A stretch of DNA of 64,000 nucleotides, taken from contig JBBPEB010000017.1 in the NCBI GenBank assembly GCA_039096225.1, forward strand, positions 186,001-250,000. Direction: 5' to 3'. The notes beneath the pieces are model-generated. The model ran no database searches, was not told the origin of the DNA, and was given only the letters and a program-made list of their open reading frames with translations. Shown here one piece after another: positions 15,901 through 38,549 of the stretch; position 1 is the first letter of the stretch, and every line of letters starts with the position of its first letter. Made by a program: the position numbers and the translations under genes. Origin of the DNA: Blastocystis sp. Blastoise (lineage: Eukaryota > Protista > Bigyra: Opalinata).

Positions 15901-17893
15901 AAATGTCTTTATCTTTAAATGTTTCATCTGAAATCAATTGTGAAGCTTTTATAACGATATTCACATTCTTAGCGAATATTGATGAAATAGTTTGCTATAT
16001 AAAGTATATATATATATAAATAATATTTTTATATTTGTCTTTTTTTAATATGTATTTTTATATTTATTTATTGTTGATTCAATAAGAATATATTAATCAT
16101 TATAATCTATATATAGATATATTTTAGATAAGATAATAAAAATGACGAATCCTATTTCTATTACTGTTTTAATGTGTACAATTAATTATATAGTACGATC
16201 TTATTCATGGAAATTAAAAGAGATACAAAAGAATTCAATTCTTTCAATAGAAGGACATACTCATGAAGTTCCATTACTTTCAGATATTCAAATGAAACTC
16301 AATGAAATTTATACACTTTTCTTTAATACTCTTGATATTATCGATATTTTTATATTTCCAGTATATATATTGTTATTTGAATAGCATTATGTTTCTTTTT
16401 TATCTAATCTATTATCTATTGATATATCTTAATAGTAAAAAGAAAAATTCTATTAATATATATATATATAGCCATTAGTAAGAGTTGTAACAGAATGTTG
16501 TCTTCATATATATATAAATACAAAAGGAAATAAAAAATGTATATTTATTTATATTAATATTTATATTTTTATTTATATAGTTGAAGAAAGAATTAACCAA
16601 TATATGGAAAAGAGTTTTAATGTATTTAGAGATAATATAAAAAGTATATATATATAGTTAATTATAGTATATCCTATTAATCTTACTATATATATATATA
16701 TAGATCCTCCTGAAAATAAGTATATAGCTATATTTCTTATATATATTCTATAATATATATATAGACCTATATGTATTGCTGAGTTTTCAAATGCTCTAAT
16801 AGACTTCTATATACATGATGATGAAAGAATAAGAAGATGGTATTTTGAAATGTTTAAAATTTGTGTTGAAACTAGTGTATATATATATAAAGTTATATTA
16901 TTTTAATTATATATTGTTATAGTTTTCTAAAAGAAATGACGTTTTTGAGAATATTCAAGAAACTCAAGAATTTAAATATATTAATAAAAATGTTAAACAA
17001 TATTTCGATTTTATACTAGTATGTAATATAAATTTAATTCTATAAATATAATTATATAATATTATATAGTCTAATATAACAAATTCTGAGATAGATGAGA
17101 ATTCTTGTTCTTTGCTCTTAGCTTCAATAACCCATTTTAGTATTGGTAATTTTACTAGAGAAACAACACAAACTAAATTATTCTATTTAGATAAACTTGA
17201 AATACTATTTTTTTCTCCATTTGAAAATGTATATATCTAGTTATAATCGTATTCTATTTGTTCATTATTTTTTTATTTAATACTTATTTTTATTATATAT
17301 ATATAGATTCGTATCCAAGCAAAGTGTTGTTTTAACTATTTATATAGTTTTATGTCTAATGAGAATTTAACTACTTTAGTTAAACATTTTTCAGATATAT
17401 ATAATGGAAAGAGTCTTACTAATGAACAAGTATATATATATTTTTATAAAGATATATATTCAATCTAATAATCGTATTATATAGAAATTAATGAAACCAG
17501 AAGTACTAAAAGAAGGAGCAGTATATATATACTATTACTTATATAAATTGTCTATTATTTTAAATATATATAGATCTATGGCTTATGTTCTATACTTGAA
17601 AATGAATACACATGTCGACCTTGTGCTATTAATGCTATTAAAGTTATACTCAATCATATACCACTTTCAGAGTATATATATATAAATTATTTTATTTCTC
17701 CTAAATATCCCATATATAATATTATCTATGATTCACTAATCTTTATAGACAGTGTCAAAAGATTGTGGATATTTCCTTCCAAGAATTATTAAAGCAGTCG
17801 ATTAATTATTATATTCCTTTGAAAACTTATTTTACTGACGAAGAATGGGATATTATAACATCTTCAAATAATACACTCAATTATTTCTCTTAA
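9982..17893 (+). CDS. PSME4: Proteasome activator PA200/Blm10 (about 39 exons; one in-frame TAA at 10766-10768)
   Basis: All intron phases are compatible. Spliced protein has NYIDINNLEIS (cf. PGIDPND), FSPFENIRIQA (cf. DEQLEVREMA), EGAIYGLCSIL (cf. HAGVLGL) and C-terminal FTDEEWDIITSSNNTLNYFS, matching the PA200 tail. Confidence 0.85.
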
Positions 17894-19826
17894 AACTAGA
17901 TATTTTATTCACTAGCATACTAACTAACATTCTTATATATATATTTATATTCTAATAATAATAAATATTTTATTTAATTTCCTTTTCATCATTTTAAACA
18001 TTAACAGTATATCTATATATATTTTTATAAATACTTATTTTTTTAAATATTTTTTATTATTATTACAAGAATTGTATTTTTTTTTAAATAGTTTTCTGTA
18101 ATTTTTACACAACAAGACAAACATTCTAAATTTCTATTATATACTAATCCATATACCTATTATCTAATGAAAAAATATATTTATATAATATGAGATATTT
18201 TCAGTCCTTTTCCATGCTTTTGTGGCAATTATCATGACAAAAGCTGACTGGAACTGTCAACTTGACTTCAATTGACTTCGTCAAAAAAAAATAAACTGTC
18301 AACAATTAACATTTTGGTTACAATTGCACATGGTAATTCTGTTCAGTGATATGGGAAGGGGTTGAATATTATTAGCTAATGATTTTAATGTTATTTGAAG
18401 ATAACTTGAAAATTTATTTTGATAAATATTTTAATATTATTTAATATATATAAATAGACTATAATAAGAAAGTATATATTTATTAATAATATACCATAAA
18501 TAATACATTTAGATATTATTAAAAACAACAATTTTTCAATTTCAAAATACATTTTAATGTTTATAAATAACATATATATAGTATATTATATGAGAAGAAA
18601 TTAAATAAAAATAGTATATAAAAAAATATTTTGAACATTTTTGTAAAGATAGATAGTATATGATTCATTCGTTTTATTTCAAACTATTGTTATCAATTAA
18701 ATAAATTAATCCTATAAAATGTATATTTAATTAAATATCTTGATATAGATTTTTTACAATTCCAATACTCATAAAGGAATACATTTTACATATAATAATC
18801 AAACTAAGAAAAACAAAGTCTTAAATAATTCATGTATCTTAATTTATATCTTGAAAAATAGATAAAATCATTTATTTATATACTTTATTAGATACATAAT
18901 ACATAATATAAGAAATAAATATACTATTTTATTGTTATACAGAATAACTATTTAATAAGAGAATTAAAATAAAGTAATATGTTTTTTATATATATATTGA
19001 CGGAATGAATGATTCTGAATATTATAAATTATATATACAAATATTTTAGTAGATACTTCTGTGTCATGAATAAATAAAATAAAAACTCAAATATAGATAA
19101 GTATATACTTTTAAGAATGTTTCTATAATATATAAAATAACCTAGAATATATAAACATAAGTTTAGAAGAGAAATGAAAGCTATTTCAATAATGTTTCAC
19201 AGATTCAAACCATGATTATTATAAATTTCATCGGATTGACATATAAAAGAAATTCACTGACTCTCAGATCTAAATAAATAGAATAGAATAAGAGGAAGCC
19301 ATAATTATTGTGATGAACGCTACATCTTTTTATGAATTATATGAATTTAATCCTATATTCGAATGAATTGATTTTAGAAAAATGAATATAACTATTCAAT
19401 AAGAAAACAAAATCGATATTCATGATATTATTGAATGTTCAAGACAATAGGAAAGATTCTCCTTTGATGATCCATTTGAATTGACATAAACTTCTTCCAT
19501 TATTATATACAATACAAATAACTGTTTTATCATGTATAAACGACATCTAAAATGGACTTTATAGATTAACTAATTTTGCTGACTTTTTCTGAAAATGAAC
19601 AAAATTTAAATCTTGGAAAAAAATTAATTTATAGTGAACTTTTGTGATTCATTTATATTTATTTGTTCAGAACTTTCAAGTTTAAATAGAGAATGGATTT
19701 ATGACTTCTTTGAGATTAATATATACTAAATTAAGTCTTTGATACACGATACATCATAAATTCAAGTATGTCATTGCTTACAATATCATTTATGCCAATA
19801 ATGTGTAGCATTATAGTATTAATAGC

Positions 19827-21347
19827 ATGCCAAATAACGTATTTCCATTAATTAAAGATAAATGTATTTTAAAAGTTATTAAAACAACATTTTGATCGTA
19901 TTTAGATTTGTTTAAATTTCAAGATGAGACACAAATATGGGTTTCTAAGGAGTTTATTGAGAAAAATCATCAATTTCCCTTTCATAATATAATTATACAT
20001 TCTAATAAATATAAAGATGGCAGTTATTATATAGATATGCTTCCTTTTCATATAGAAAAAGTGATTCATTTTTTAATGAAGGATAACTTGGATATTTCTT
20101 CATTAAACTTTAAAGATAGTTTTGATATATATAGAACACTTCTTGAATATTCAGTTATGCTTGATAATCAAATACAAAATAATTTTGTATTTCACTTAAA
20201 GGAATTATTTCTAAATTATTTAAAAGAAAATAATTACAGTGTTTATGAATATGGAAATGAAGAAGATCAAGCATGTATTTCCATGAAATTACAAGATTCA
20301 ACTTGGAAAATTCTATATATTGATGGTATTGTTATAATTATGTTTATTATTATTGTTATATAGTTATGAATGTTATTTTATACAAAAACTAAGATGAATT
20401 ACAAGTTTATTTAAAGAAGATACATTTAATTATATATATTCTCTCTATATTGTTGTATGTATATATATTTAATATACATTTAATAAATATTTATTATATA
20501 TTTAATATATATTTATTCTAATTTTTTATAATATATTTATTCTAATTTTTTATTATATATTTATATAGTATATGAAAGAAAGAAAATCAATAAATCAGAA
20601 TATTCACTTTTATTTCAAAGTCTTCTGAAAAATGACAGAAAATAAAAATAAAAATAAAAATGAAAAATATGATGAAAAACATTATAACTATAAAGAATCT
20701 CTTCCATTCTTTTACACCTTCAATTTTTATGTGGATAAAAATAATTATTTTATTTCTATTGTGGATCTATATAAAAGTATATAAACTATATTTATAATAA
20801 TATATAAAAGTCTATATTTACTATTATAGGTAATATTATAATTGATTTTAACTATTGTAATTATCGTATCTCTTTTGATGAAAATAAATATGAAACTAAT
20901 TTATCTGTAGAAACCATTGATATTGGTAAAAGTAATTTATATATATATATTATTTATATTATATATATAGATTATATGACATCAGATTATGAACTATTAA
21001 CATTATTAAATTGTATTAAAGAAAATCGATTACCTAATTTAATACAATTAAAAATATGTATATTTATATGTTTATTATTATAGTAATTATTCTATACTCT
21101 ATAAAGGCTTTCAAGGTGAGCAATTTATTCAGCAAGTTATAGACTGTATTATAGATGAAAGAATACCTAAATTAAAACAATTTACATTCTTTTTCTGTAT
21201 ATAAATATAATTATTTATATCTTTCTATATTAAATAGTTGATGTTTCGAAATCATTAATAGAATCATGTAAACATTTAGTGGAATCTTCATTTATTCAAA
21301 AGAATCATATTGATTTTATTTTTTTTGATAATGGAGTTTTTCAGTAA
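19827..21347 (+). pseudogene. Internally deleted BTB/LRR-like family copy (exons 1-2 plus last four exons; middle degenerate)
   Basis: MPNNVFPLIKDKY-LFKFQDETQIWVSKEFIEK...YYIDMLPFHIEKVI. Stops in 20360-20750. Exons from ~20830 are open: LLNCIKENRLPNL, IPKLKQF, SFIQKNHI...FQ-TAA. Confidence 0.7.
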
Positions 21348-22274
21348 TATTAACTTTACATATATATATTTTATTATTATTTTTTTTAAATTTATATATT
21401 TTTTCTTTATTTAGTTTTATTAAAAATTTGTAATACTTATAAAAAATGTATTCAATAAATAGTTATTAATTTATTATTCTTCTTGTTTTATTCTGTTTTA
21501 TTTTTAAATATAAAGTATAATAAAAATAATAGGATTTATACCAAATATTTCTTTTTTGGATTACTATGAATGTTGTAATAATAAACAAGTATAAACAAAT
21601 AGATCACTATTCTTATAGATATAGGTTACTAAATATATTTTATAAATGTTTTTTGTTCTAAAATTATTAAAGAAAAAAAAATCAATAAATAATTTCATCT
21701 TAGATTCTTGTTATATCTATGCTTCGTTCAATAAAGTTCTAAAAGCAATTGATGAACATCATCAGCTAATTTATAATATGAGCATACTAAATACACATAT
21801 CAATCACTCTTTTATCTATTTCTTATAATTTATATATTATAAAAGTCTTCAATATATACCTTATATCAGCTAAATTGACCTAATGTAAAAAACACATTGA
21901 TCAATAATTTTGTTTTGTTATAATGAGATATTATTGAGAAATTGTCTCCTTTATAAAGCACATGTTTTTCCGTCACAATATTCTTTGTTACTAGGATATA
22001 TTACTAGAAAAAGAATTTTAAAAACGAATTTTCTTCAAAAAAAGGAAAATAATCAGGAAAAAACAGAAAAAAAACAGGATCTACTAGGTTTCAATTTTAT
22101 TTTGTGGCTATAATATAACTATCTTGCTTTTTCCTTCTTTAGAATAAACGAATATATTACTTGGAATGAAATTTAGTATATAAAAAGATTGATTTCTACA
22201 CATAAATAATTTTTTCTAGTCAATTAATCATTGCTTGCATATTTTATTTGTAAGAATTAACTAGGTCATAGAAA

Positions 22275-22976
22275 ATGTCTGAAGTTACTATTGAGATGCA
22301 GAATGGTGAAATAACAAGAGTTATCAATGTAGAAAATGGAATGCGTGAAGTGATCATTCCTTATTCCATTAGATATGAAGATTCATTTAAATTGAATAAG
22401 CATAAACTTGGAAAAGGTAGTATTATTGATTTTGCAAATGAGATTGCTAAAATGAAGCCTCTATTGATGTTTGCTTGTTCTCAATTTGATCCAAATTTTA
22501 AATTACACTTTTTAAAACGAAAGAATGAAAAGAAAAGTGATACAGTCTTTAAAGTATATATATTTCAATCTCGCTATTTTATATTTTTATTATAATATAT
22601 TTATTATTTTGTTTATTATTATCATATTTATTAAATTAATTATTGCTTTATTTATAGATTGAAGATAAAGAAATAGAAAAAAGAATAAAGAATGTATGTA
22701 TAGCTAATGGACCAACACCTGAAGGTATTGAAAAAACTTGTAATTATGTAAAGACAAATTTTAAAGCCCTAAGTAAAGGTATCAAACAAAGAGCAGAATC
22801 ATATTTTTTAAAAGTCAAGTATATTATTATTAATTATATATTATTATTTATATATTATTATTATTATATAATTAACTTATTATTTATATATAGTGACAAA
22901 CTCTTTACTGAGAATGAAGTTCGTATTTGGTTGTTCTTATATGCATGCAATGTACCTATTCAATATTTTGGTCGAG

Positions 22977-23007
<31 letters not shown>

Positions 23008-24305
23008 CAACATATTTATACATTATTCTATTATTTCTATTATATTTATAGCTCCTTGGAAAAAGCCAATACTTCTCAAGTAATTACAAAATACCGATTT
23101 TCTTAAAATATGTATGTATATAATATTATTATTTCATGTTATAAAAATACTATTTTCAAGAAATATGTATACTATATATATTTCTCTATATATAATTTTA
23201 TCTATTTTAATATAATTATTTTCTTATATAGCCAGAAATCCTAAAGAAAAAAATGGAAAGAAAGAATATGGAAATAAGAACGAAAGAAATGAAATGCCTG
23301 TTTCCTATTATCGAATTAGATGAAGATGTATTATCAAATGTTGTTTTTGATACAAAGAATTATTACAAAGATGTTTTTGAGTTCTATATGGATATATATA
23401 GTGAAATCTATTCTCATACTGATATACGTAAATTTATTCCTGGTGGCTTTATTAGATATACTTTTGATAATAAATGCTGTTTGTTTCAAAAAGTCTTGTC
23501 TTCATTGGATACTCAACCTTCTCAACAAGTTGGAAATAGAACAGAATTAGTAACTCTGTCAAGTATACCAATTCAAAATGAAATAGCATTGTATTCTTAT
23601 AGTAATGATAATAATACTGGTATTGAACAAAGTATTCGTAGAGGTTTTACGCATAACGAAAATGAGCCAACTTTAATTGACATGCAAAATTCGTTGATCC
23701 CAGAGAGAAGCTACGCTGTAAATAATGGAGCAAGTGATACTCGAAATTATCAACAAGAATCTATCCCTTGTAATAGTAATCAACAAAATGCTTCTGTTAT
23801 GTGTTATAATAATTCTTTTAACGTTGAATATCAACAAACTTTTAATGATCAACAAGCAGATGCTAATGGTTTTTATTATTTAGCTACAACAGATGAAGGT
23901 ACAGTTCCATGTCTAATCTCTCCAATGATTAATTTATCAATGAACCCAGATAATGTTAGTCATTGTCAATATTCTTTATCTAATTCTAATCATTCTCCTG
24001 TAATAAATGATTATAGTAATATGCCAACTTTTAACAATAATCTTCCTTCTAGTAATATGCCTCCTTCTATGAATATGCTTCCTTCTAATAATCTTCCTTC
24101 TATGAATATGCCTTCTTCTAATAATATGTCTCCTTCTTCTATTCTAATCCCAATTACTGACCCCTATTCTCTATATAATATGACTTTTTCTAATAATACT
24201 TTTCCTTCTCCTTCTGCTGATGATTCTACTCGAAATCTTGATCCTCTATTTATATATCCTTCTGAAAATGAATCGAACGATTCTCTTCCTAACTATTACG
24301 CGTAA
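22275..24305 (+). CDS. Hypothetical 5-exon protein; possible HTH segment; N/S/P/M-rich disordered C-terminus ending NYYA
   Basis: Exons near 22275-22553, 22658-22818, 22894-22975, 23052-23111 and 23232-24305 splice in frame. TATAAAAAG lies about 95 bp upstream. Confidence 0.75.
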
Positions 24306-25301
24306 ATAATAATTAAATAATTTTTACTTCATTTTAATGTTTAAAAAAAAAATAATATGCAAAAAATAGGAAAAAGAAATGTAAAATAAAAATAATAGAA
24401 AACCTATCTATAAAAAAGTTAAATATTTTTAATGTGCTAATTATTTGGGTAGTTTTTATAAATCTTTATATTTTTTTTAATCATTTTCTACATGATATTT
24501 ATAATATATCTGTCTTTTATTACTATTTATATAATATGTTTTTTATGTTTAAATATATATTTTTACAATATTTTCTTAAAATAGCTTCTTGGTTTGCTAT
24601 ATTATAATTGTACAATATAACTAATTAATTCTTATTAATTTCTATATCTCTATTATCTGTTTAATTAATATATATTATGTTTCCTTTTAAATGTATCTTT
24701 ATATAATTATTATTATACTTTAAATTTTATTATGTCTTTTTTTTATTACTCTAAAGCATTAGCTATAGTTATTCTTATAGCTGATTTCTAAATATAAAAC
24801 TATGTAATATTTATATCTTATATTAATTTTATATTATATACATATACTTCTATTAAATGAGCAATTCTTGCAATCATTATTATTAATAAATAATTCTTTT
24901 TTTTAATTTATATAAAAAGTATATATTATTTCTTAATAAATTTTCTGTCATTTTATTTATTATTTATATCTTATTTATATTATTTCTACAAGCACTTTTT
25001 TTAGTTTATTAATTTAATGCTATAAGATATTTCTGATATTTTTTGAATAAGTTATTTGTTTATTCTAAAAACATATAATTCTTATTTATATATTAATATT
25101 TATATATATTGATTACGTTAACCATATATTCCTTTAATTATATGTTATACATATATGTGAAAGAAAATGAATTAGTTTCGTTTATATATAGCCTACTGAT
25201 GATCAGTAATGTAGTTGGTATATATATATTATAGAAAAAGACACTATATAAGATAAAATGTTTTCGTATTTTGTAATAGTATATATAACAATACTTATTA
25301 T

Positions 25302-29112
<3,811 letters not shown>

Positions 29113-32100
29113 CACTTGAATTCAACTATAATTACAGAAGGATAATATGTTATTAAGCTTAAAAGATATGTCTTTATATAATCAATAAATAAATATCCTA
29201 AAGTTGCTGAATATAGTCTAATTATCATAAAACATTGAAATAAGAAAGAATAAAACTTGGAAAATCTTTGAAAAAAACTAATGAGAATTTTGTAAAAATT
29301 ACTCTATTGAACATCAACTTTCGCGGTTTTTATTCAGTCTTTTTCAGATAAACTTATTTGAGATTCATATTAAATTTCAGAAACAACACATTATTCACTT
29401 TTTTAAAGCATATTATATGTATTCATTGAAAATGAGATTCTCTTTATGTTTCTATTACAGTATAGAATACATTTATTCTCAATAAAATGAAAGATAATTG
29501 TAATTATGTCAATCAAGTTGAAGAAATGGAGTATATACTTTGTTTAGGTTATTGATATTATATAGAAAAATGTTACTATTATCAAATCATTAATCATTCT
29601 TTCAAACATTATATTTTTTTTAAATAGATTAATACAAATTAATAATATATATCTTAAAATATCATTTAGATATCTATTGAGATGTAAAACATAGTCTTAT
29701 ATATGAAATGATTATCAAAGGAACATCACTCGTATATTCTGAAGTGAAATCACATTAAAAGTATCTGCTTTCTTCAGCGAATCTTATTATTATATTCAGA
29801 ATTCTCTACTCTTTTCTTTATCAAAATCAAGCTTATTAATTAGTCTTATCTGCCTTGAATCCTTATATTAAATGAAATACATATAAAGATAAAGACATTA
29901 TATATGATATTAATGCATATATTATGAAATGCATTTCTTTCTATATCATTATACGGATATTCAAAGTTTTTTATATTTAGCTTATTTTTAAAAATCTACT
30001 CATTTAGTTCTTTCCATCAAATATAATCATAAAAACATATTTTATAAATATTTTTAAATATACATTTATATTAAATTTATTATAATAATTTTCTATGAAC
30101 TCTATGATAAATAAAATATGTATTTGGATACTTTTTAATATATATAAATAACCTATTAATACTATTACTATGTATAAAATATATTTTTAACTTTAACAAT
30201 AAAAGAAAATGGAATATTTACTCTCTTAATTAATATTAATAAATCTATAAAAAAATATATATAAATAATAATAATATAATAAAAAATAAACTAACCACAC
30301 TATCTTAAACAAAACTATTTATCATTTTCTTGTCATATCACTGTAAATATTTGCTTATTACGATTATCCACAATATAATATAAAATAGTTGTTTAGTAAT
30401 ATGATTATATCATTTCTTACTCATAAAAGATAAGTTTAACTGAAAGTGATACTAAAATATAGTCATAAAAGTAAACTAAATCTTTGAATATCTTAGGAGA
30501 ATATATATTATAACACATCATTAACTATTTTAACAAAACATAGATATAGTAGCATCTTAGTTTTTAAAAATAATCATTACAGTTCTAGTATAGAGCATTT
30601 TGAAAATTAAAAAAAAAGATCCCTAAATTCATATATTAATACTTATTACTTTCACTTAAATTATTCATAAGATATAACTATCATAATATGATATAAATCT
30701 AAACTAACAAAACAAAATATTAAAGTTAAATCTCGAATAATAAAAATGGTAGATAATGATTTGAAAATGAAAAGATATATGTATATTAAAAAAAAAGAAA
30801 TATAGGGTCAAGTATCAATATCAAGAAATCTATGAATAGAAAACATATAAGAATATTAAGTAATAAGAGAAGAAATATTAAGAAAGAAAAAATATATATC
30901 TATTGTATTTGGGAATGAAAAAAAAATTATGATAATCGTATTATTAGTGATATAGTGTTTCTATATGAATATAAATAATTATAACAATATCATAGAATGA
31001 TTTGAAAAATTATATATGATATAAAGCAATATAAATATAGTCACAGAAATAATATTAAAGGAACATCATAAAGAATTAATAAAAATAACAATGTTATAAA
31101 ATCTCTATTTCAAAAGAAAGTAAATTATGAAAGAGAATAAGAAATAGAACTAAGAGGATGAACAATTATTAGCAAGTATACATATATATATAATAAAATA
31201 CTTTATATAATAATTGTTTATTATTCACTTTTTATACAAAAAATATTGTGTACAGAAGATATATATGATAAAAAATATAATATATAAAAGGTTAAATTAA
31301 ATTCTAGTATATCAGAGTAATTTATGAATTATGTTATAAATAATTAAAACTAAATAACAATAGAAGCATTAAAGATATAATATAAATAAAGAGATATCTT
31401 AAAAGAAATAATATCATGGAGTATATATATTGAAAGAAAACTATACATTTATTTTTAAACCAACAATAATATTATTAATAAGATAACAATAACATAATTG
31501 AGAAAAAATGTAGTTAAATGATATGATTCTCTTCAGTTGATTAGTTAATAGAGTTTCATTGAAATAATTGGAAACAGTGTCATATTCAAATAAAAAATAT
31601 CAGGTAAATTATGTGAGAAATAATAAGTTTTATATTCTTTTTTAATATATTTGTCTATTATTTATTTATAATAAAATGTTTTTTTAATGAAGCAATTCTT
31701 TTCATTAATGTAAAATAGTTCATTTTTTAAATAGAATATATATATGTGAAAATATTAATAATAGTTTATAGTAATAAAATCTTATTAAAAGAATAATTTA
31801 AACGCTATTTACTTTCTATATAGTTTTATATTCTATTATTTAATATAGTTGAAAAATATATTTAAAAACTATATTAAAAAATAGAGTTCTTTCATAGATT
31901 ATAAATAGCTATTTAAAATATGATTAGACATTTATATTATCCTAACTCTTATTTATATATTTTTTTTATATAACTAGTGAATTTTGAATAATAAATATAT
32001 AATTCTATAAGTTTATTGCCTTTTTACTTTTCTCAATTTTTTTTAATAACGTTATTATGTATGTATATATTTAAATAATTAATCACATATATATTCTACT

Positions 32101-32406
32101 AGTTTTACTATATGAATATTTTCTTTAAATATTTCTATTAAATATGTTAACGATTAGTGTATAAAAAATGAATAGTATCATCTGCTAAATTTATGATACT
32201 GACATATATTGTTTAATTTATTGAATATCATAAAAAAATAATTATATATATATTTAAGTTTTATAAAAACTATTTATAAATAAAATTCAATAGAAATCAA
32301 TCATCTATTAATTAATAATATAGTAAATAAATATATAAAATAATTTAAATACTAAAACATATTAATAAAATAATCTTATTTATATAATATAATAGTTATA
32401 AAATTG

Positions 32407-33990
32407 TTATAATAATTCATAATATATAAACATGATTTCTTCCAATACTTCATAATCTTCTAGTATAAAATGATTCACCTTCTATGAACGGCCAGTATTT
32501 ACATATAAAGAATATTATGTATTAGTATTTGAAATACTAGAGTGATTTTAAAACGAGAAGAACTTATATCACTATAACAATCATCTACTATTTCTATATC
32601 ATCACCCATATAATCAGTATAATATAAATAACAACATTTACTACTTTTTTATTACTATTAGTATAATCATAATTGGTTTGAGGAATACCAGGTTAGTTTC
32701 TTAAATTAGAAGCTTTATTGAAAATAAATTCCAAACAATATAATATATATTGAATATTCTTTAAAATGAAATTTGTATATATACTATATGAATTATAACA
32801 ACTTTAATCTGTATATCTTCCAAATTTATTCATATAATTATTATGACCTATATGTTTGATTATAGTTATTATTTCTCCTTTATTATCACAATATTTATGG
32901 AATTCACTTGCTTTATAATTATGTTCACTTGCTCTATATATATAATTATATAATATATAAAAAATAAATACCTAAATAATAATTTCCATCTCTTTTCTGT
33001 ACCAAGCCAATTCATTAAAGAAACTTTTGTAGAAGGATCAACTATATATGAATGAAGAAATGAAACATTAATGTTCCATCCATTTTTTACACTATTTCTT
33101 CCCTTATAACCAAATAAACTATACATTTCATTTTCTAATAAATCTCTGTTTATATTCTTTGTTTCTTCTTCAGAAATATAAATATAATTATATTGAATAT
33201 ATTCATTGATATAATTAATATATTCAAAATTCATATTCATATACATTTCATTATTTTCTTCATCATAATCTACATATCCATCATCATATTCATTTACTAT
33301 ATTATTCCATAATCCATTCTTCTTCCAATAATCTCTTAAGAGTTCATCCTTTTTACCATTAATATACAGTATAACGTCATCACCTTCTTTATATAATACC
33401 TTATGATCTCTTCTACAATAAGTTTTCATTAATTCTTCAGGAATAGGTAATTCACAATATTCAAATAAACTCAATAATTCAAGTTGATCTTTTAACACTA
33501 GTTGATCAACATTAATTGACTCATTCATTAAAGAATCAATTAATAAAGGAAAAAGTGTTTCATCACCACGATAATCTAAAAAAATATTACCATCATTAGT
33601 TTTTTTATCATCTTGACATTGTTCATATAAAAATGTTCCTACTAAACTATTTGTTATTCTTTTAGGAAGAGAATAAGCAGGACCATTATTCGTGAATCGA
33701 ATATAATCAATTCCATTATCATTATTATTCTTATTTAAATCATTTTTATTCAGAAAAGAAGATTCTTGGATAATTATACTTGGATCATCACCATACTTAT
33801 CATTCATTCCTTCACAATTTTTTGTTAATCGATTCACTAATTCGTTCACGGACTCACCTGAATGAATACAGAAACTTATTGACTTACTTAAAATACCAAT
33901 CAAATCACCAATCAGTCTTTCAAAATGAATTACATCCTTCTGAATATCACCAATCTTATTACCATCAAATTCTACCTTCTCTTTCACCAT
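32407..33990 (-). pseudogene. BTB-like + TLDc-domain gene; exon 1 open, TLDc exon disrupted
   Basis: Exon 1 (33990-32972) is open for ~340 aa with GNIFLDY and ends WLGTEKRWKLLFR. Exon 2 reads ASEHNYKASEFHKYCDNKG...FGRYTD*, then further stops, GIPQTNYDY and ILEDYEV (TLDc hallmarks). First TAA at 32804-32806. Confidence 0.8.
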
Positions 33991-34340
33991 TCTTAACAAT
34001 AAAAAAAATAGAATAAAAATGAAAACTTTTTTAAACACTCTTTTTCTATCTTATATAGAGAAACTTGTTTCTCTAATTCAAAATTCCAGTTAAAAAACTC
34101 ATTTGTGAAATATATTCCTTTATAGCGTAAAATTTTATAATTATAGTAATAAATAATAATTCAATATATAAAAAAATCAACTACATAAAACATTAATTTA
34201 TAATATATTAACTGTTATTATTCATTTTTCTCAAATTAAACAACAGTAATAGTAAACATATAATTTATAGAAACGTTAATAATCATTAAAAAAGTGAGAA
34301 TAAAAAGATATATGAATAGAAAAATACAAATATAAAAAAT

Positions 34341-38549
<4,209 letters not shown>

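Noticed and set aside
29900-32400. 2.5-kb gene-free AT-rich stretch (centromere or origin candidate)
   Set aside because: No repeat, ORF or motif that I can support; could be fully decayed paralog sequence.
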